Source of the DNA: Eledone cirrhosa
Taxonomy: Eukaryota
Direction: 5' to 3'
NCBI GenBank assembly: GCA_964016885.1
Contig: OZ024752.1
Location: forward strand, 49,972,001 to 50,036,000
Length of the DNA stretch: 64,000 nucleotides
The notes below the pieces were generated by a model. The model was not told the origin of the DNA. It did no database searches and saw nothing but the letters and a program-made list of their open reading frames with translations. The position numbers and the translations under genes are program-made. The first letter of the stretch is position 1; every line of letters begins with the position of its first letter. This document shows, in pieces, positions 42,452 to 56,912 of the stretch.

Positions 42452-42663
42452 AAATATTTATTAAAATAACAGATTAAAGTTTAAGCAAAGAATCGCTGCT
42501 TTCACCCTTAACGGGATCTTCTGAAACTAACAAAGGTTGCAACGTTTTTTGAAATATCCAGTTCTGCGTTTACAGATTGACTTTGTTAGTTTCAGAAGAT
42601 CCCGTTACGGGTGAAAGCAGCGATTCTTTGCTTAAACTTTAATCTGTTATTTTAATAAATATA
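42452..42663. repeat. ~80-bp near-perfect inverted repeat (family C) with ~45-bp spacer
   Basis: TATTTATTAAAATAACAGATTAAAGTTTAAGCAAAGAATCGCTGCTTTCACCC..ACTAACAAAG and its reverse complement; single arms at ~50735-50805 and ~56782-56840. Confidence 0.85.
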
Positions 42664-43170
42664 TATATATATATCCATATGTGGTTGACAGTTGAGGGAA
42701 AAGAGTACTCGATGCCAAATTAGAGTTTGAATATTTATTTTATTAAGGCTAAACAGTGAGTCTTGTTACTCTGGAGTTTCTACTGCTACTGCTCATTAGT
42801 GTGTCATGTGATAACAAACAGGTGAAACTCCACAGTAAAAACACTCACTGTTGTTCTTTCACCATTCTGAGCCGTGCTGGACATTGGGTCATTCCTGGGT
42901 GGTTTGTCCATGGAGAAAAGGTTGCTAGCTTCTTATTCAGCTCTTCTCCATTTCTGGAGAAAGTTATGATGTGGGTGATCATCTACAACCCTTCCCATGA
43001 TGCAACACAACCAATTTTGAGGGTGGGGAGGGATAAAAGACGAAATAAACCAAAAATACAATGATGTATATAATAGCAGGACCTATGGAATACTCGGCAT
43101 TACAGGAGTGACCTGAAGAGCTATGAGGTACAATTTAACAATATGAAAGGAGAGGAGAAGGCATCTAGAT

Positions 43171-44346
43171 CAGGCATGTCAAACTGAGGGAACCCCGAGG
43201 GCCTCATGGGTCACATATGTGTTGTCTGAGGGCCACATGGGTCACATATGTGTTGTCTGAGGGCCACATGGGTCACATATATGTTGTCTGAGAGCCACAT
43301 GGGTCACATATGTGTTGTCTGAGAGCCACATGGGTCACATATGTGTTGTCTGAGGGCCACATCTGTCACATATGGTTGTCTGAGGGCCACATGGGTCACA
43401 TACATGTTGTCTGAGGGCCACATGGGTCACATATGTGTTGTCTGAGGGCCACATGGGTCACATATGTGTTGTCTGAGGGCCACATGGGTCACATATGGTT
43501 GTCTGAGGGCCACATGGGTCACATATGTGTTGTCTGAGGGCCACATGGGTCACATATGTGTTGTCTGAGAGCCACATGTGTCACATATGTGTTGTCTGAG
43601 GGCCACATGGGTCACATATGTGTTGTCTGAGGGCCACATGTGTCACATATGTGTTGTCTGAGGGCCACATGGGTCACATATGGTTGTCTGAGGGCCACAT
43701 ACATGTTGTCTGAGGGCCACATGGGTCACATATGTGTTGTCTGAGGGCCACCTGGGTCACATATGTGTTGTCTGAGGGCCACATGGGTCACATACATGTT
43801 GTCTGAGGGCCACATGGGTCACATACATGTTGTCTGAGGGCCACATGGGTCACATATGTGTTGTCTGAGGGCCACATGGGTCACACATGTGTTGTCTGAG
43901 GGCCACATGGGTCACATATGTGTTGTCTGAGGGCCACATGGGTCACAAATGTGTTGTCTGAGGGCCACATGGGTCACATATGTGTTGTCTGAGGGCCACA
44001 TGGGTCACATATGTGTTGTCTGGGGGCCACATGGGTCACAGATGGTCTGAGGGCCACATGGGTCACATATGTGTTGTCTAAGGGCCACATGGGTCACATA
44101 TGTGTTGTCTGAGAGCCACATGTGTCACATGTGTTGTCTGAGGGCCACATGGGTCACAAATGTGTTGTCTGAGGGCCACATGGGTCACATATGTGTTGTC
44201 TGAGGGCCACACACGACAACTAACTGTGCACATTACAGCTAATATTTTTTATTTTATATTATGAAGATAAAACATGCTCACACTGTAAAAACCTTTGTGT
44301 GGGCCACAGGTGTGGTTGTAAAGGGGCCGCATGTTTGACATGTCTG
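43171..44346. mobile_element. hAT (Charlie-type) MITE containing a ~33 x 31-bp array
   Basis: TIRs CAGGCATGTCAAAC / GTTTGACATGTCTG; 8-bp TSD ATCTAGAT at 43163-43170 and 44347-44354; unit GAGGGCCACATGGGTCACATATGTGTTGTCT from 43197 to 44211. Confidence 0.92.
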
Positions 44347-44789
44347 ATCTAGATTATTCTGGTTGAAAAGAATTTAATGAAAGGGTCAATAAAGGTCACT
44401 TGGGACACAGGGTAAAGCTTGATCAACCTCAATTGGGTCCCCTGGATGATAAAAATTTATTAAGTAAGACATGAAACATCCAGTGACTTTAGGGTACCAC
44501 ATTGATGATGTCTTCAAGTATTTACATCAGAAGATATATGAAGAATTTGAACTAAAAGGTTTTTTGTCTATAAGTAGCAGCAAATTAACAGAAGTACTAA
44601 CATTATGCTGGAGCATATACACTGCCTCATAACCTCCTCTTGTAAGGAAAATAGTGCAGTGAGTATATACACACAGTTAATATGGAAATATAAACTCTTT
44701 AAAATACTTTTATAAGAAATGTATTGAACACATAAACTATCATTTGAGAATCAATAAAGTCAACCAAATATTTTAATAGAAAATTTTTA

Positions 44790-45350
44790 AATAATCAATT
44801 CTTTTGATATTAAACTGCATAAAACTGCTCTTGTTTCTACGATACAAATTGTTTGTTTTAAAATGTTTATATTTATTTAAAAACCTTCCACCATAATTTT
44901 ATTTAACAACTTTTTGTTAAGTTTTGCTACAAACATCAGCTTGATAATGAGGAAGTTATTTTAATAAATTCTTCCAAATTCATGATTATTTTCAAAATAA
45001 TTTGAAAATGTTCAGCATTGTACATCACTAGAAATGTGGTAACAAAAGAGTTAAATAAAATTGTTATTAACTCTCAAAGCTAATATATGTTTAACAAGAA
45101 ATTCTCTTGGGAAATACATTAGCTCTTTTGATGATAATTTGCTTGCTTTAACCATTTTGTTACCTAACTGCCTGAAACCACCCTTGCTTCTACAAAACTG
45201 TTTTAAAGTGTTTATATTTACCTAAAAACCTTCCATCGTAATTTTATGTAAGAACCTTTGCTAAGTTATGCTCAAAACACCAGCTTAATAATAAGTAAGT
45301 TAGTTATCCCCTTAAATTCTTGATTATTTTCAAAATTATTCAAACATCAA
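44790..45350 (+). mobile_element. Two diverged tandem copies of an older TTAA-type MITE
   Basis: First copy ends GGTAACAAAAGAGTTAA (45054); second starts TTAACCATTTTGTTACC (45148); both contain AAAAACCTTCCA..TAATTTTAT. Confidence 0.55.
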
Positions 45351-45359
45351 CTATATTAC

Positions 45360-45533
45360 AGTGTAAATGAGGTTGGTGTTAGGAAGGGAATCCAGCTGTA
45401 GAAATCAAGCCAGAATTAGTTCCCGTATAAGCAAGACAAGGTCACCCGACCTGACATTGCCCACAACAGCACAACCCATCTAACCCATGCTAGCGTGGAA
45501 GAACGGACGTAAAACTGTGATGATGATGATGGT
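45360..45533 (+). mobile_element. RTE-type 3' tail (SINE or LINE end)
   Basis: GGTTGGTGTTAGGAAGGG..CTAACCCATGCTAGCGTGGAAGAACGGACGTAAAAC..(GAT)n. Confidence 0.8.
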
Positions 45534-46113
45534 GTCACCAATCAAAGAATATAACCACCACCTCCACCAATCAAAGACTAGAACCACCACCTCCACCAAT
45601 CCATAATAACAACAACAACAACAACAACAATAAGCTTCAAGAGAGAAAGACAATTTAAAAATAAATGAAAATTGAAAGCAAATGAGAATAAATGATTTAT
45701 ATGAACTGAACTAGAATGACAGTAGGATCTTGTACGTTGAAAAAACACATTTCTAAGAAACAAGCATTAATTACCATAATTCTGCTGGCTCATCTTACTA
45801 TATAACAGCTATATATACATGTGTGTGTATATAATAGATCTATGTACATGTGTGTGTATATAATAGCTATATATACATGTCTGTCTATATAATAGTTATA
45901 CACATATCTCTCTAGATAGCTACATATACGTGTCTCTCTCTATATAAAGGCTATAAACACGTGCCTATTTAATAACTATATACACATGTCTGTCTATATA
46001 AAGGCTATATAGACATATGTGTCTATATAATAGTTATCTACACAAATGTCTATATATTTCTATTTCTTCTGTTTAGTTATACAACTCACTACAAATTGTA
46101 GGGCAGTATGCTA

Positions 46114-46174
<61 letters not shown>

Positions 46175-46563
46175 TACTGGTGGCTTATATATTATATATT
46201 ATATATATATATATATATATGCCGTCTAACCCATGCTAGCGTGGAAGAACGGACGTAAAACGGTGATGATGATATATATATATATATAATATATATATAT
46301 ATAACCCACCAGTATATATATATATATAGTTTTGCAAGAGGAAACATAATAGCACCACTGACGATGTTGCAGATGTGCAACGAAAGAACTTTGTTAGACT
46401 ATATATATGTGTTTGTGTCTATATTGTATCTGTATTTTTGACCGTTGGTCAGTCAATGGCAACATTGAGGACCGAATAAATTAAATTAACCGATATAAAG
46501 GACACAGAAGCAAAAACCAACCAAACAGTGTGTTCTGTTATTAATTCTGGCAATATTATTACA

Positions 46564-46639
<76 letters not shown>

Positions 46640-47119
46640 CATACACACACATACATACATATGTAGCTTATTATGTGAATGTGTCTCCAAGAAAATATAT
46701 TCTCTCTGCCATACCACTGAATCATTTGGTTTTTAGAAACATCTTGTTTTCACATAGTTTAACAGATTTCAGCATAATTGATTGAATTTAATTAAATTGA
46801 ATCCTAAGTTGATTAATACAGTCAATGTATATTTTGATACTTTATGTTAATTAAGCTCTCGTTCAGTTGATGTGAATAAATTCTTAACACAACTGCTTAT
46901 AGCTTATACAAGCTCTGTTATAAAGAATGTCAGTCAAAAGCTGTAAGACTTGTTGGCTTTAGAAATTAATCAACCTATAATAATAATTTCTAGTATAGGC
47001 ACAAAGCCAGTAATTTTGGGGAGGGGAAAGTCAATTAAATCGACCCCAGTGCATGACTGGTACTTTATTTTATCGACCCCGTAAGGATGAAAGGCAAAGT
47101 TAACCTCAGCGGGATTTGA

Positions 47120-48356
47120 ACTCACGTGGACATGCCTACAAAATCAGAAAACAGCACAGCTCCCATGACTTTCGGAAACATTTTTTCATGCTCAGAGTTG
47201 CTGAAGCATGGAACAAACTACCTGCATCAGTTGTTAGCTGTCGAGACACTGCATCCTTTAAAACCTCCATGGAACAAACTACCTGCATCAGTTGTTAGCT
47301 GTCGAGACACTGCATCCTTTAAAACCTCCATGGAACAAACTACCTGCATCAGTTGTTAGCTGTCGAGACACTGCATCCTTTAAAACCTCCATGGAACAAA
47401 CTACCTGCATCAGTTGTTAGCTGTCGAGACACTGCATCCTTTAAAACCTCCATGGAACAAACTACCTGCATCAGTTGTTAGATGTCGAGACACTGCATCC
47501 TTTCAAACCCCCATGGAACAAACTACCTGCATCAGTTGTGAGCTGTCGAGACACTGCATCCTTTAAAACCTCCATGGAACAAACTACCTGCATCAGTTGT
47601 TAGCTGTCGAGACACTGCATCCTTTAAAACCTCCATGGAACAAACTACCTGCATCAGTTGTTAGCTGTCGAGACACTGCATCCTTTAAAACCTCCATGTA
47701 ACAAACTACCTGCATCAATTGTTAGCTGTCGAGACATTGCATCCTTTAAAACCTCCATGGAACAAACTACCTACATGAGTTGTTAGCTGTCAAGACACTG
47801 CATCCTTTAAAACCTCCATGGAACAAACTACCTGCATCAGTTGTTAGCTGTCAAGACACTGCATCCTTTAAAACCTCCATGGAACAAACTACCTGCATCA
47901 GTTGTTAGCTGTCGAGACACTGCATCCTTTAAAACCTCCATGTAACAAACTACCTGCATCAATTGTTAGCTGTCGAGACATTGCATCCTTTAAAACCTCC
48001 ATGGAACAAACTACCTACATGAGTTGTTAGCTGTCAAGACACTGCATCCTTTAAAACCTCCATGGAACAAACTACCTGCATCAGTTGTTAGCTGTCAAGA
48101 CACTGCATCCTTTAAAAGCTCCATGTAACAAACTACCTGCATCAATTGTTAGCTGTCGAGACACTGCATCCTTTAAAACCTCCATGCTTCCTGAGATTTG
48201 CCAGCACTACACCTGATACACACACACACATGTATTTCATGACTCATACACTATTCACCTCCCTGACATTTGTATATTATTCTATGTACTATATACGCAC
48301 CTTTGATGAGTTGTAGTACACCTGAACACTGTACACAATAATTTCATTATTATTAT
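47120..48356 (+). mobile_element. CR1/L2-group LINE 3' end containing a 16 x 61-bp array
   Basis: RGHAYKIRKQHSSHDFRKHFFMLRVAEAWNKLPASVVSCRDTASFKTSM matches the CR1-type C-terminus. CATG at 47207 and 48183 are exactly 16x61 apart. (ATT)n tail at ~48345. Confidence 0.88.
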
Positions 48357-48517
48357 ATCGTTAACAACTACCTTTGTAAGCTGGAACTAATTTATCATGT
48401 GATTCATCAGCAGATATATTTATGTATTTATCTATGTGTTTATGTGTTGTCGTTGTTGTTGTTGTTGCTGTTGTTGTTGTTGTTGTTGTTGCTGTTGCTG
48501 TTGTTGTTGCTGTTGTT

Positions 48518-48552
<35 letters not shown>

Positions 48553-48725
48553 TATTCCAGCTATTTCAACAAAATTTTATTTACATTCATTGCAAAGATT
48601 CTGATAGTCAAAGGAAAAACAAAACAAAAAAACAACAAAACAATTGACTGATACATTTATATAGATGTGTGTCTGTGTATGTATATGTGTGTGTATCATC
48701 ATCATCATCTCCATTTTTACATCCG

Positions 48726-48764
<39 letters not shown>

Positions 48765-48775
48765 CATATGTATAT

Positions 48776-48809
<34 letters not shown>

Positions 48810-48903
48810 ATATATACATATATATATATACATATACATATATATATATATACATATATATATATACATACATACATATTTATATATATATACATACATA
48901 AAT

Positions 48904-48937
<34 letters not shown>

Positions 48938-49343
48938 ATATGTATATATATAAAATCAATCAATCCTTGCATCGATTATATTTACTTTTCTTGTAACTGT
49001 GAGGCGGAGAAGTGTCTTTAATTTCCTTTTTCTTAGCACCCCGGCCCACCCCACCACCTCAACACATATTTTGTGTCAAGTTAATCAATAATACAAAAGC
49101 AAATATGTGATAATAATTGAATTTTTCCAATAAGTATTTGAAAAATAGATCTACTGTCATGAATCTTTCTCCTCAAATACAACAAATTTTTGCAATTGAG
49201 ATTAAATTTTTTACATTCCAACTGCGATTCTGTTTACATTATTTCCAAAGTCTTATAGTCTTATATATATATATATCACATCCAATCATTCAATACTTAA
49301 GTAGTATGTATGTATATATATATATATACACACACTCACACAC

Positions 49344-49378
<35 letters not shown>

Positions 49379-49389
49379 TATATATATAC

Positions 49390-49472
<83 letters not shown>

Positions 49473-49474
49473 TA

Positions 49475-49512
<38 letters not shown>

Positions 49513-49545
49513 CACACACACACATATATATATATATACACACAC

Positions 49546-49580
<35 letters not shown>

Positions 49581-49920
49581 AATGAAATTTCGTTTCATTC
49601 TTTTTCCATATATATATATATATATATATGGAAAAAGAATGAAACGAAATTTCATTTCTCACTCTTAGTACGGCTGATACTTAAGTGTAAGTATGTATGT
49701 ACACGTACATACATATATGTATACAGACGTACAGTAGTATGTATATATATATATATATATATATAATTATACATACATGCACACATATATATATATGTAC
49801 GTATGGGTTTACCGAACATTTATTATAATGTTCGGTTTGTTTGTAAACAAACAGCCCTAATTACGCCGTACAGTGTTCAGGCAACCATCGTCGCTTTTTG
49901 CTCAACACTGACACAGGAAC

Positions 49921-49954
49921 GATGTACTAGTTTCAAGCTTATTAGCTATCATCA
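49921..49954 (-). ncRNA. Minimal hammerhead-like core truncated at its first C by a (TA)n tract
   Basis: Minus strand reads TGATGA-T-AGCT-AATA-AGCT-T-GAAAC-TA-GTA-CATC. Confidence 0.4.
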
Positions 49955-50403
49955 TATATATATATATATAACATAAAACGAAAAATCAGTGATGCATCTG
50001 AACTCAATTTATTGTGCTACAATTGTTTCCCTGGCAGACAGCTTGAGACGCGATCATTGTGTGGATCTGTCTGATTCTAGACCCGGATGTTCGACGGACA
50101 CGTCTAATGATTTCGGAGCATATTCTCTCACATATATATATATTTGTATGTATGTGTATATATATATTTGTATGTATACATATATTTATATATACATACA
50201 TATGTATATATACACAAATATATATATATATATGTGTGTGAGTGCGTGTAATTTTAATATTTTACTTATTCTTATTTTTATATTCACTTATCTCTGTATA
50301 TCTTTTTTTCTCAACTGTAAGAAGTACCGGATACTCCCCCTAGTCTGTCATGGCTTACTAGCTCTATACGGACGTTTAAATCTATTGAATAAATAAATTC
50401 TAT

Positions 50404-50511
<108 letters not shown>

Positions 50512-50590
50512 TTATGCATGACCATATACAGTATATATATATATGAATAGATTCAGGACCCCGATGGCTGAGCTCCAGCCATTGCGACAG

Positions 50591-50692
<102 letters not shown>

Positions 50693-50878
50693 CAATAATG
50701 ATTATGAAGACTAAAATCTGAAGAGGGCTCAATAAGTTTCAGAAGATCCCACAATTGGGTGAAAGTTCCGATTATTTGCTTAAACTTTATTCTATACTAA
50801 TAATAAATATATATATATACACACCTATGCATGACCATATACACATACACACACACACAAACACACAGACACACACAC

Positions 50879-50910
<32 letters not shown>

Positions 50911-52187
50911 GTACCTATGTATGTATGTGATGTTTGTTTGTGCGTAAATATATATACATATGTGTGTGTGTGAGTGTGTGAAAGCATGTGTGCTCAACAC
51001 ACAAACACACTCACTTAACTAATATATATCCATGTCCTTTATAAACAAACATAAAAGACTGCTTGTCTTTCCTCTTTACATTAAATCTTTACAGTTTCAC
51101 GATTATTTTACTTCACTTGCAGGCATATTAACAATATATATTTTCATTTTCTATCCCAATTACTTGGCTGCCCTTCAGCACACAACAAATAATCTCCAAG
51201 ATAGATAATAGATAAAAGTGAAGAATATAATTCAACTTCAGAGTAAGACATTATATACAGTATATTATTAATTCGTTAGAAAGAAAATTAAGACAAAAAA
51301 AAATACAGAGAGAGGGAGAGATTGAATGGAAATATATCTATATCTGTCTATATATAAGTGACAATGTTTCAGACATCGAAGTAAACAGCTATTAATCTCA
51401 AACATTTATCTACAAAAAAAATAAAAAAATAATAATAATAAAATAATAATTCTTCCTAAGTTATGATTACTTTCAAATTATTTGCAAGCCAGAGAAACTT
51501 TTTTGATAATCAAAGAATGTTATTAGACTAAAAGATGTGAAATATTGGAGGAGTTTTTGAGGGGTATTTTCTGTGTTTTTTAGTTTGGTTTTCTTTCTAG
51601 TGTTATTTAAACAGGTAAGTAAATTACCAAGAAAATATGCAGCAAAAGGCATTGATCATACATTTAGATTCTGTTGTATTTAGCAGCTGGTTCCACAAGA
51701 CAATAAAATATTTGTCTATCTTATATCTAGTTTGTTTCTTTATTTATTGAAACGTATTTTGTTGTGTCTTTTGTTGTTTATTTTAAAGATATATATATAT
51801 ATACACAATCATGTAAGCTTTCAGAGCCTCGATATTTATTGAAACATATTTTGTTGTTGTGTCTTTTGTTGTTTATTTTAAAGATATATATATACAATCT
51901 TGTAAGCTCTCAGAGCCTCGAGATGAATGCCAAAATAAATGAAGAAAAGCTTAAATTATTCCAATGAATTGGAAGAGGATTAATTTCTGTTTTCCATGTA
52001 ATTATATTGGGGAGAAATCTAAAACTTCATTAACTAACTAGCAAAGCTGGGATGTTGTTCTATCTGTGTTCAACATAGTGTTTGTCATATGCTGGGTTGG
52101 GGCCTTCCTCACACTGATTCTTTACAGTATGTGGAATATGTGTAGTTAGTTTAAACGTGATAACTAGCAAGATCGATGTCATCATCG

Positions 52188-52229
<42 letters not shown>

Positions 52230-52305
52230 CCACCATCATCATCATTATCACCGTCATCGCCATCATCATCACCATCACCATCATCATCATCACCATCACC
52301 ACCAC

Positions 52306-52343
<38 letters not shown>

Positions 52344-53710
52344 CCATCATCATCATCATCGTCATCACCACCACCACAATCATCATCACCATCACCATCA
52401 CCATCATCCTCCTCATCATCATTATGACCTTATCATCATCATAAAGTACCAGTCACGCACTGGGGTCGATTTAATCAACTTCCCCCACCCCTAAAATTGC
52501 TGGCCTTGTGCCTATATAAGAAACCATTATTTTCCATAGCTTGGGCTGTGGATTGGCAGTATCAGTAAAGAAAGCATCAGATACCAAGCTTTGCAGCATA
52601 GAGTTACGTCCCTTTATGATCTGAACTCAAATCCCGCAAAGCTTAACTTTGCCTTTCATCCTTACGGGGTCGATAAAATAAAGTACCAGTAATACACTGG
52701 GATAATTGCTGGCCTTGTGCCAAAAGTAGAAACAATTATTTGCTATTTAATCATAAAGATTGTATTTGTAAGAAAACTTCACAAAAGTTTGAGTTTGGAA
52801 GACTTTAATTTAAATAGAAACGCTTTAAAACGGGTGATTTTATTTCATAGAATCAGAGGGGGTTCCAGGAAGGTTGGTATCAGTAGGGTTAAATCAAATA
52901 TTGGTAAGAAAGGTTTCTGAAATGTATTCTTCCAACCATACACCTTTCTCCTTCAAGTTATGCCAATATAAGAAATCGTTAATACAGGAATTCAATGGAA
53001 CTATTATTCTCAAATAATCTTTACTAACAAATATAGACATTTAATAAAACACTATTAAGGGAGATGAGAAGAGGGGTGAATATAGTTCTCCAGAAACAGC
53101 AACATGCCTTGTTAGTTTTTTGAGGGGAAATTTTTTTATTATTTTATTAATTATTATTATTTTTTTTATTTTTTTTTTTTTTATTTTATTAATTATTATT
53201 ATTTTTTTTTTTTTTATTCTTAAATAAGTAATTTGCTATTATAAAATATTCTGCTAATATCAATGTTATCAGATCGTGACAATAAATATTATTGTAAATT
53301 ATGACGAAATATTTTGTAAATATCAATAAAAATCAACTTGAAGTACTTATAAGAAATGTAAGAATGGTTTGCTAAACTGATTAATAGCAAAACAATCAAT
53401 ATCAGATTTTCGCTAATTTCTGTGTTGTACTACTATATAAGTGCAAATATTGAGTTCATTTATTTCCTTATTATATCACCATTATCACCATCATCATCAT
53501 CATCATCATCATTATCACCATCATCATTATCATCATTATCATCATTATCATCATCACATCATCAGCATTATCATCATCATCGTCATCATCTTCATCATCA
53601 TCATCATCGTCATCACCGTCATCATTTAATATCAGTTTTCCTTGCCACACACACACAAAACACACAAACACATACAAACGCATTCACACACTTACAAACA
53701 CACCCACATG

Positions 53711-53743
<33 letters not shown>

Positions 53744-53967
53744 ACATAAATACACTCACACAGACACACACAAACGATAAAAAGAAGAAAAAATACAAGA
53801 AAAATGTCTCCTCTCACTTGTTTCTATAAATCCCGCTGAGGGGATGCTCCAGCATGGCCACAGTCTAACGACAGAAGCCAGTAAAATAAAAACAAACAAA
53901 CCCCCCAAAAACTATGTAAAATTATGATTAAAAAATAATTAAAAAATACAAGGAAAATGACTCTCAC

Positions 53968-54235
53968 CTATTTCCATAACCGGCATTGAAGTCTTCTCTA
54001 AAGTAACTTTCGGTAGAATCCACTTTTGCTTGTCTTCATCCCACTGAGCTTCATTTTTTATCTTATCCAGATTATAATAATTCAAGTCCCTTCGTAAACA
54101 CGGTTGGATTTGTTCTAGAATTGCTTGGAAAAGTTGGACCTGTCTTTCTTGTTTCTGAATTGTCTGGATATAATCAATGCGTTCAACTTCAAATTCTGAC
54201 TGGATGTCGGAGAATTCGCTTTCTAAGTGGACGAC
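53968..54235 (-). CDS. KIF17: Internal coding exon (268 bp, phase 0 to 1) of a kinesin-2 KIF17/OSM-3-like gene
   Basis: Polypyrimidine tract + CAG acceptor and G|GTGAGA donor. Peptide VVHLESEFSDIQSEFEVERIDYIQTIQKQERQVQLFQAILEQIQPCLRRDLNYYNLDKIKNEAQWDEDKQKWILPKVTLEKTSMP matches the KIF17/OSM-3 motif DLQSEF..DYL.TIR.QE..L.QVQP..RRDCNY.NL.KI....WDED...W. Confidence 0.85.
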
Positions 54236-54307
54236 CTGATGATATAATGAAAACAAAATAAAATAAAATAAAATAAAATAAAATGAAATAAAATCAGAAG
54301 AACATTT

Positions 54308-54473
54308 GTGTGTATTTATCAAATGTGTTGATATCATTGTTAAACACGTGTATTTATTAAATGTGGTGATATCATTGTTAAACACTTGTATAATTATCAA
54401 ATGTGGTGATATTGTTAAACACTTGTGTATTTATTAAATGCGGTGATATCATTGTTAAACATGTGGTGATATC
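54308..54473. repeat. Short ~38-40-bp tandem repeat (4-5 copies) in the intron next to the acceptor
   Basis: AAATGTGGTGATATCATTGTTAAACAC recurs. Confidence 0.75.
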
Positions 54474-55369
54474 AAGGTCTAAATCTAACCTTGGTTGGCA
54501 GAGTTAGTATCACAAGGGTTAACACAACATGAAATGTTGTCCAGAAAAGTGGATTTGGCTGTGGTCTGAATACACATTCAGATTCAAACTTAATACCAAT
54601 TCCCAGCCATATCAATTGAGCATGTATTTAATTTTATCTTGTATTATTTTAACCTTCTATAGGCTGGTGGATTGGAAATATCAATAGAGCATTGGACAAC
54701 ATTCTTTGTAGCATAGAGTTATATCCCTTTATGTTCTAATTTCAAATCTTGCTGAAGTTAACTTTGCCTTTCATCCTTACGGGGTCGATAAAATAAAGTA
54801 CCAGTAATGTACTGAGATAATTGCTGGCCTTGTGCCAAAGGTAGAAACAATTATTTGAAGCTTCTAGAAAATTGTTAAATATTCTTACCATATTAGTGTA
54901 AATAAGATATTCCTATTGCAACAGACATTTCATGCTAAATATTTTACTTAATCACTCAAGCTTGTAAAATTTAAGGTTTCTTGTGGAATCAAAGAAAATC
55001 AGAATTAAATCTTCAAGAAGCTTAGGTAAAAACGATACAAGCTCAATCTGGAATTTGATCAAGTGTGTAAAAAATAATCTCAAAGAAACCTCAAGAAAAA
55101 TCCTTCAATATCTACAATTATTATGCAGCACACTTAAGGGTGCTTAATTATAAATTAATTCTAGCAATACACATACATACATAAGTATGTAGATACATAC
55201 ATAGACACATACATACATATATACATAGACACATACATACATATATACATAGACACATATATACATAAATACATACATACGTACATATATACATACATAC
55301 ATAGACCCATACATACATACATACATACATACATACATACATACATACATACATACATACATACATACA

Positions 55370-55840
55370 TAAGGAGAATATTTATGCAGAACTGATGAGA
55401 AATCTGCAGATACTCCACCCTGATTACACCTTCAGATTTATGCCTTTGATTACTGGGGCACTGGGGTATGTTAGTAACTGCCTCAGTACAAATCTTGAGA
55501 AGCTAGGCTTCACAGGAACAGAAAGAACACAACTAGTTAGGAAATTACAAGTACAATCCATTAATGGAACAGTAGAAATATATAAAAAATTCCAAAAATT
55601 TTGCATCTAATAACTGCATATACACATGTACAGATACAAAGCATATACACATGCACACATACAACTCAAAACATCCACATCCACACATACAATAACATCC
55701 ATATCTACACATGCATGCATACATACATATCTACCTAGTTGATGTTGTGTAAATTCCAATGAGAGAGTCTTGTGTCTATGTTAGAAACCGACTCTCTCTC
55801 TATTGGTAAAACTTTGTGAGATTATAAAACCAGAAGAACA
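55370..55840 (+). mobile_element. 5'-truncated R4/Dong-like (REL) non-LTR element in (CATA)n; a second 3' end at ~56265-56372
   Basis: YAELMRNLQILHPDYTFRFMPLITGALGYVSNCLSTNLEKLGF..RKLQVQSINGTVEIYKKF; 3' UTR ACCTAGTTGATGTT..AAATTCCA..GAGTCTTG present twice; flanked by (CATA)n. Confidence 0.7.
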
Positions 55841-56536
55841 TACATAGACACATACATACATACACACATACATACATAATACATACATATATACATACAT
55901 ATATACATTCATACATACACATATAGATACAGAAACACAAGCACATGTATATATATATATATAACTCAAAACATACAAACCCACATATGCAATAACATCC
56001 ATACCTTCACACACACATACATACATTCATACATATATATATATATATATATATATCTATAGATATATACGTACATACATATATACATATATACATTCAT
56101 ATTTACACATAGATACAGAAGCATATGCACATGTATACATATAAACCCACATATGCAATAACATCCATACCTGCACAGACACACAAATACACACACACCT
56201 ACACAACCACACACACAAACACATACGTACACACACACACACACACATACATATATACACGTTTACCTAGTTGATGTTATCTAAATTCCAGTGAAAGAGT
56301 CTTGTTTCTATGCAACAGAAATAAGCTCTTTCTTACTATTGGTGAAAATTTATAAAATAGTAACACAAGAACACCTCACACATATACACACATGCATACA
56401 TAAATACACACACATATATACACATACATACATGCATACACACATCTTAATACAAACATATATATACACACACTTATATATATATATGTGTATATATAAA
56501 TATATATATATATATATGTGTGTATATATAAATATA

Positions 56537-56619
<83 letters not shown>

Positions 56620-56644
56620 GTGTGTATATATAAATATATATATA

Positions 56645-56724
<80 letters not shown>

Positions 56725-56877
56725 TATATATATTAATAATAAATGTGAAGACTAAAGTCCAAAGAGGATTATATATATATTCCTGTTAAGGGTGAAAGCA
56801 GCGATTCTTTGCTTAAACTTTAATCTGTACTTATAATAAATATATATATATATATACACACACAAACACACACACAC

Positions 56878-56910
<33 letters not shown>

Positions 56911-56912
<2 letters not shown>

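Noticed and set aside
42849-42982. Possible 134-bp minus-strand exon (TAG..GTGAGT)
   Set aside because: Contains a stop in the phase needed to follow the KIF17 exon, and there is no recognisable homology in the open frame.
51742-51921. ~90-bp two-copy tandem duplication (similar ones at 21851-22050 and 59681-59775)
   Set aside because: Real but ordinary local duplications with no sign of function or TE origin.
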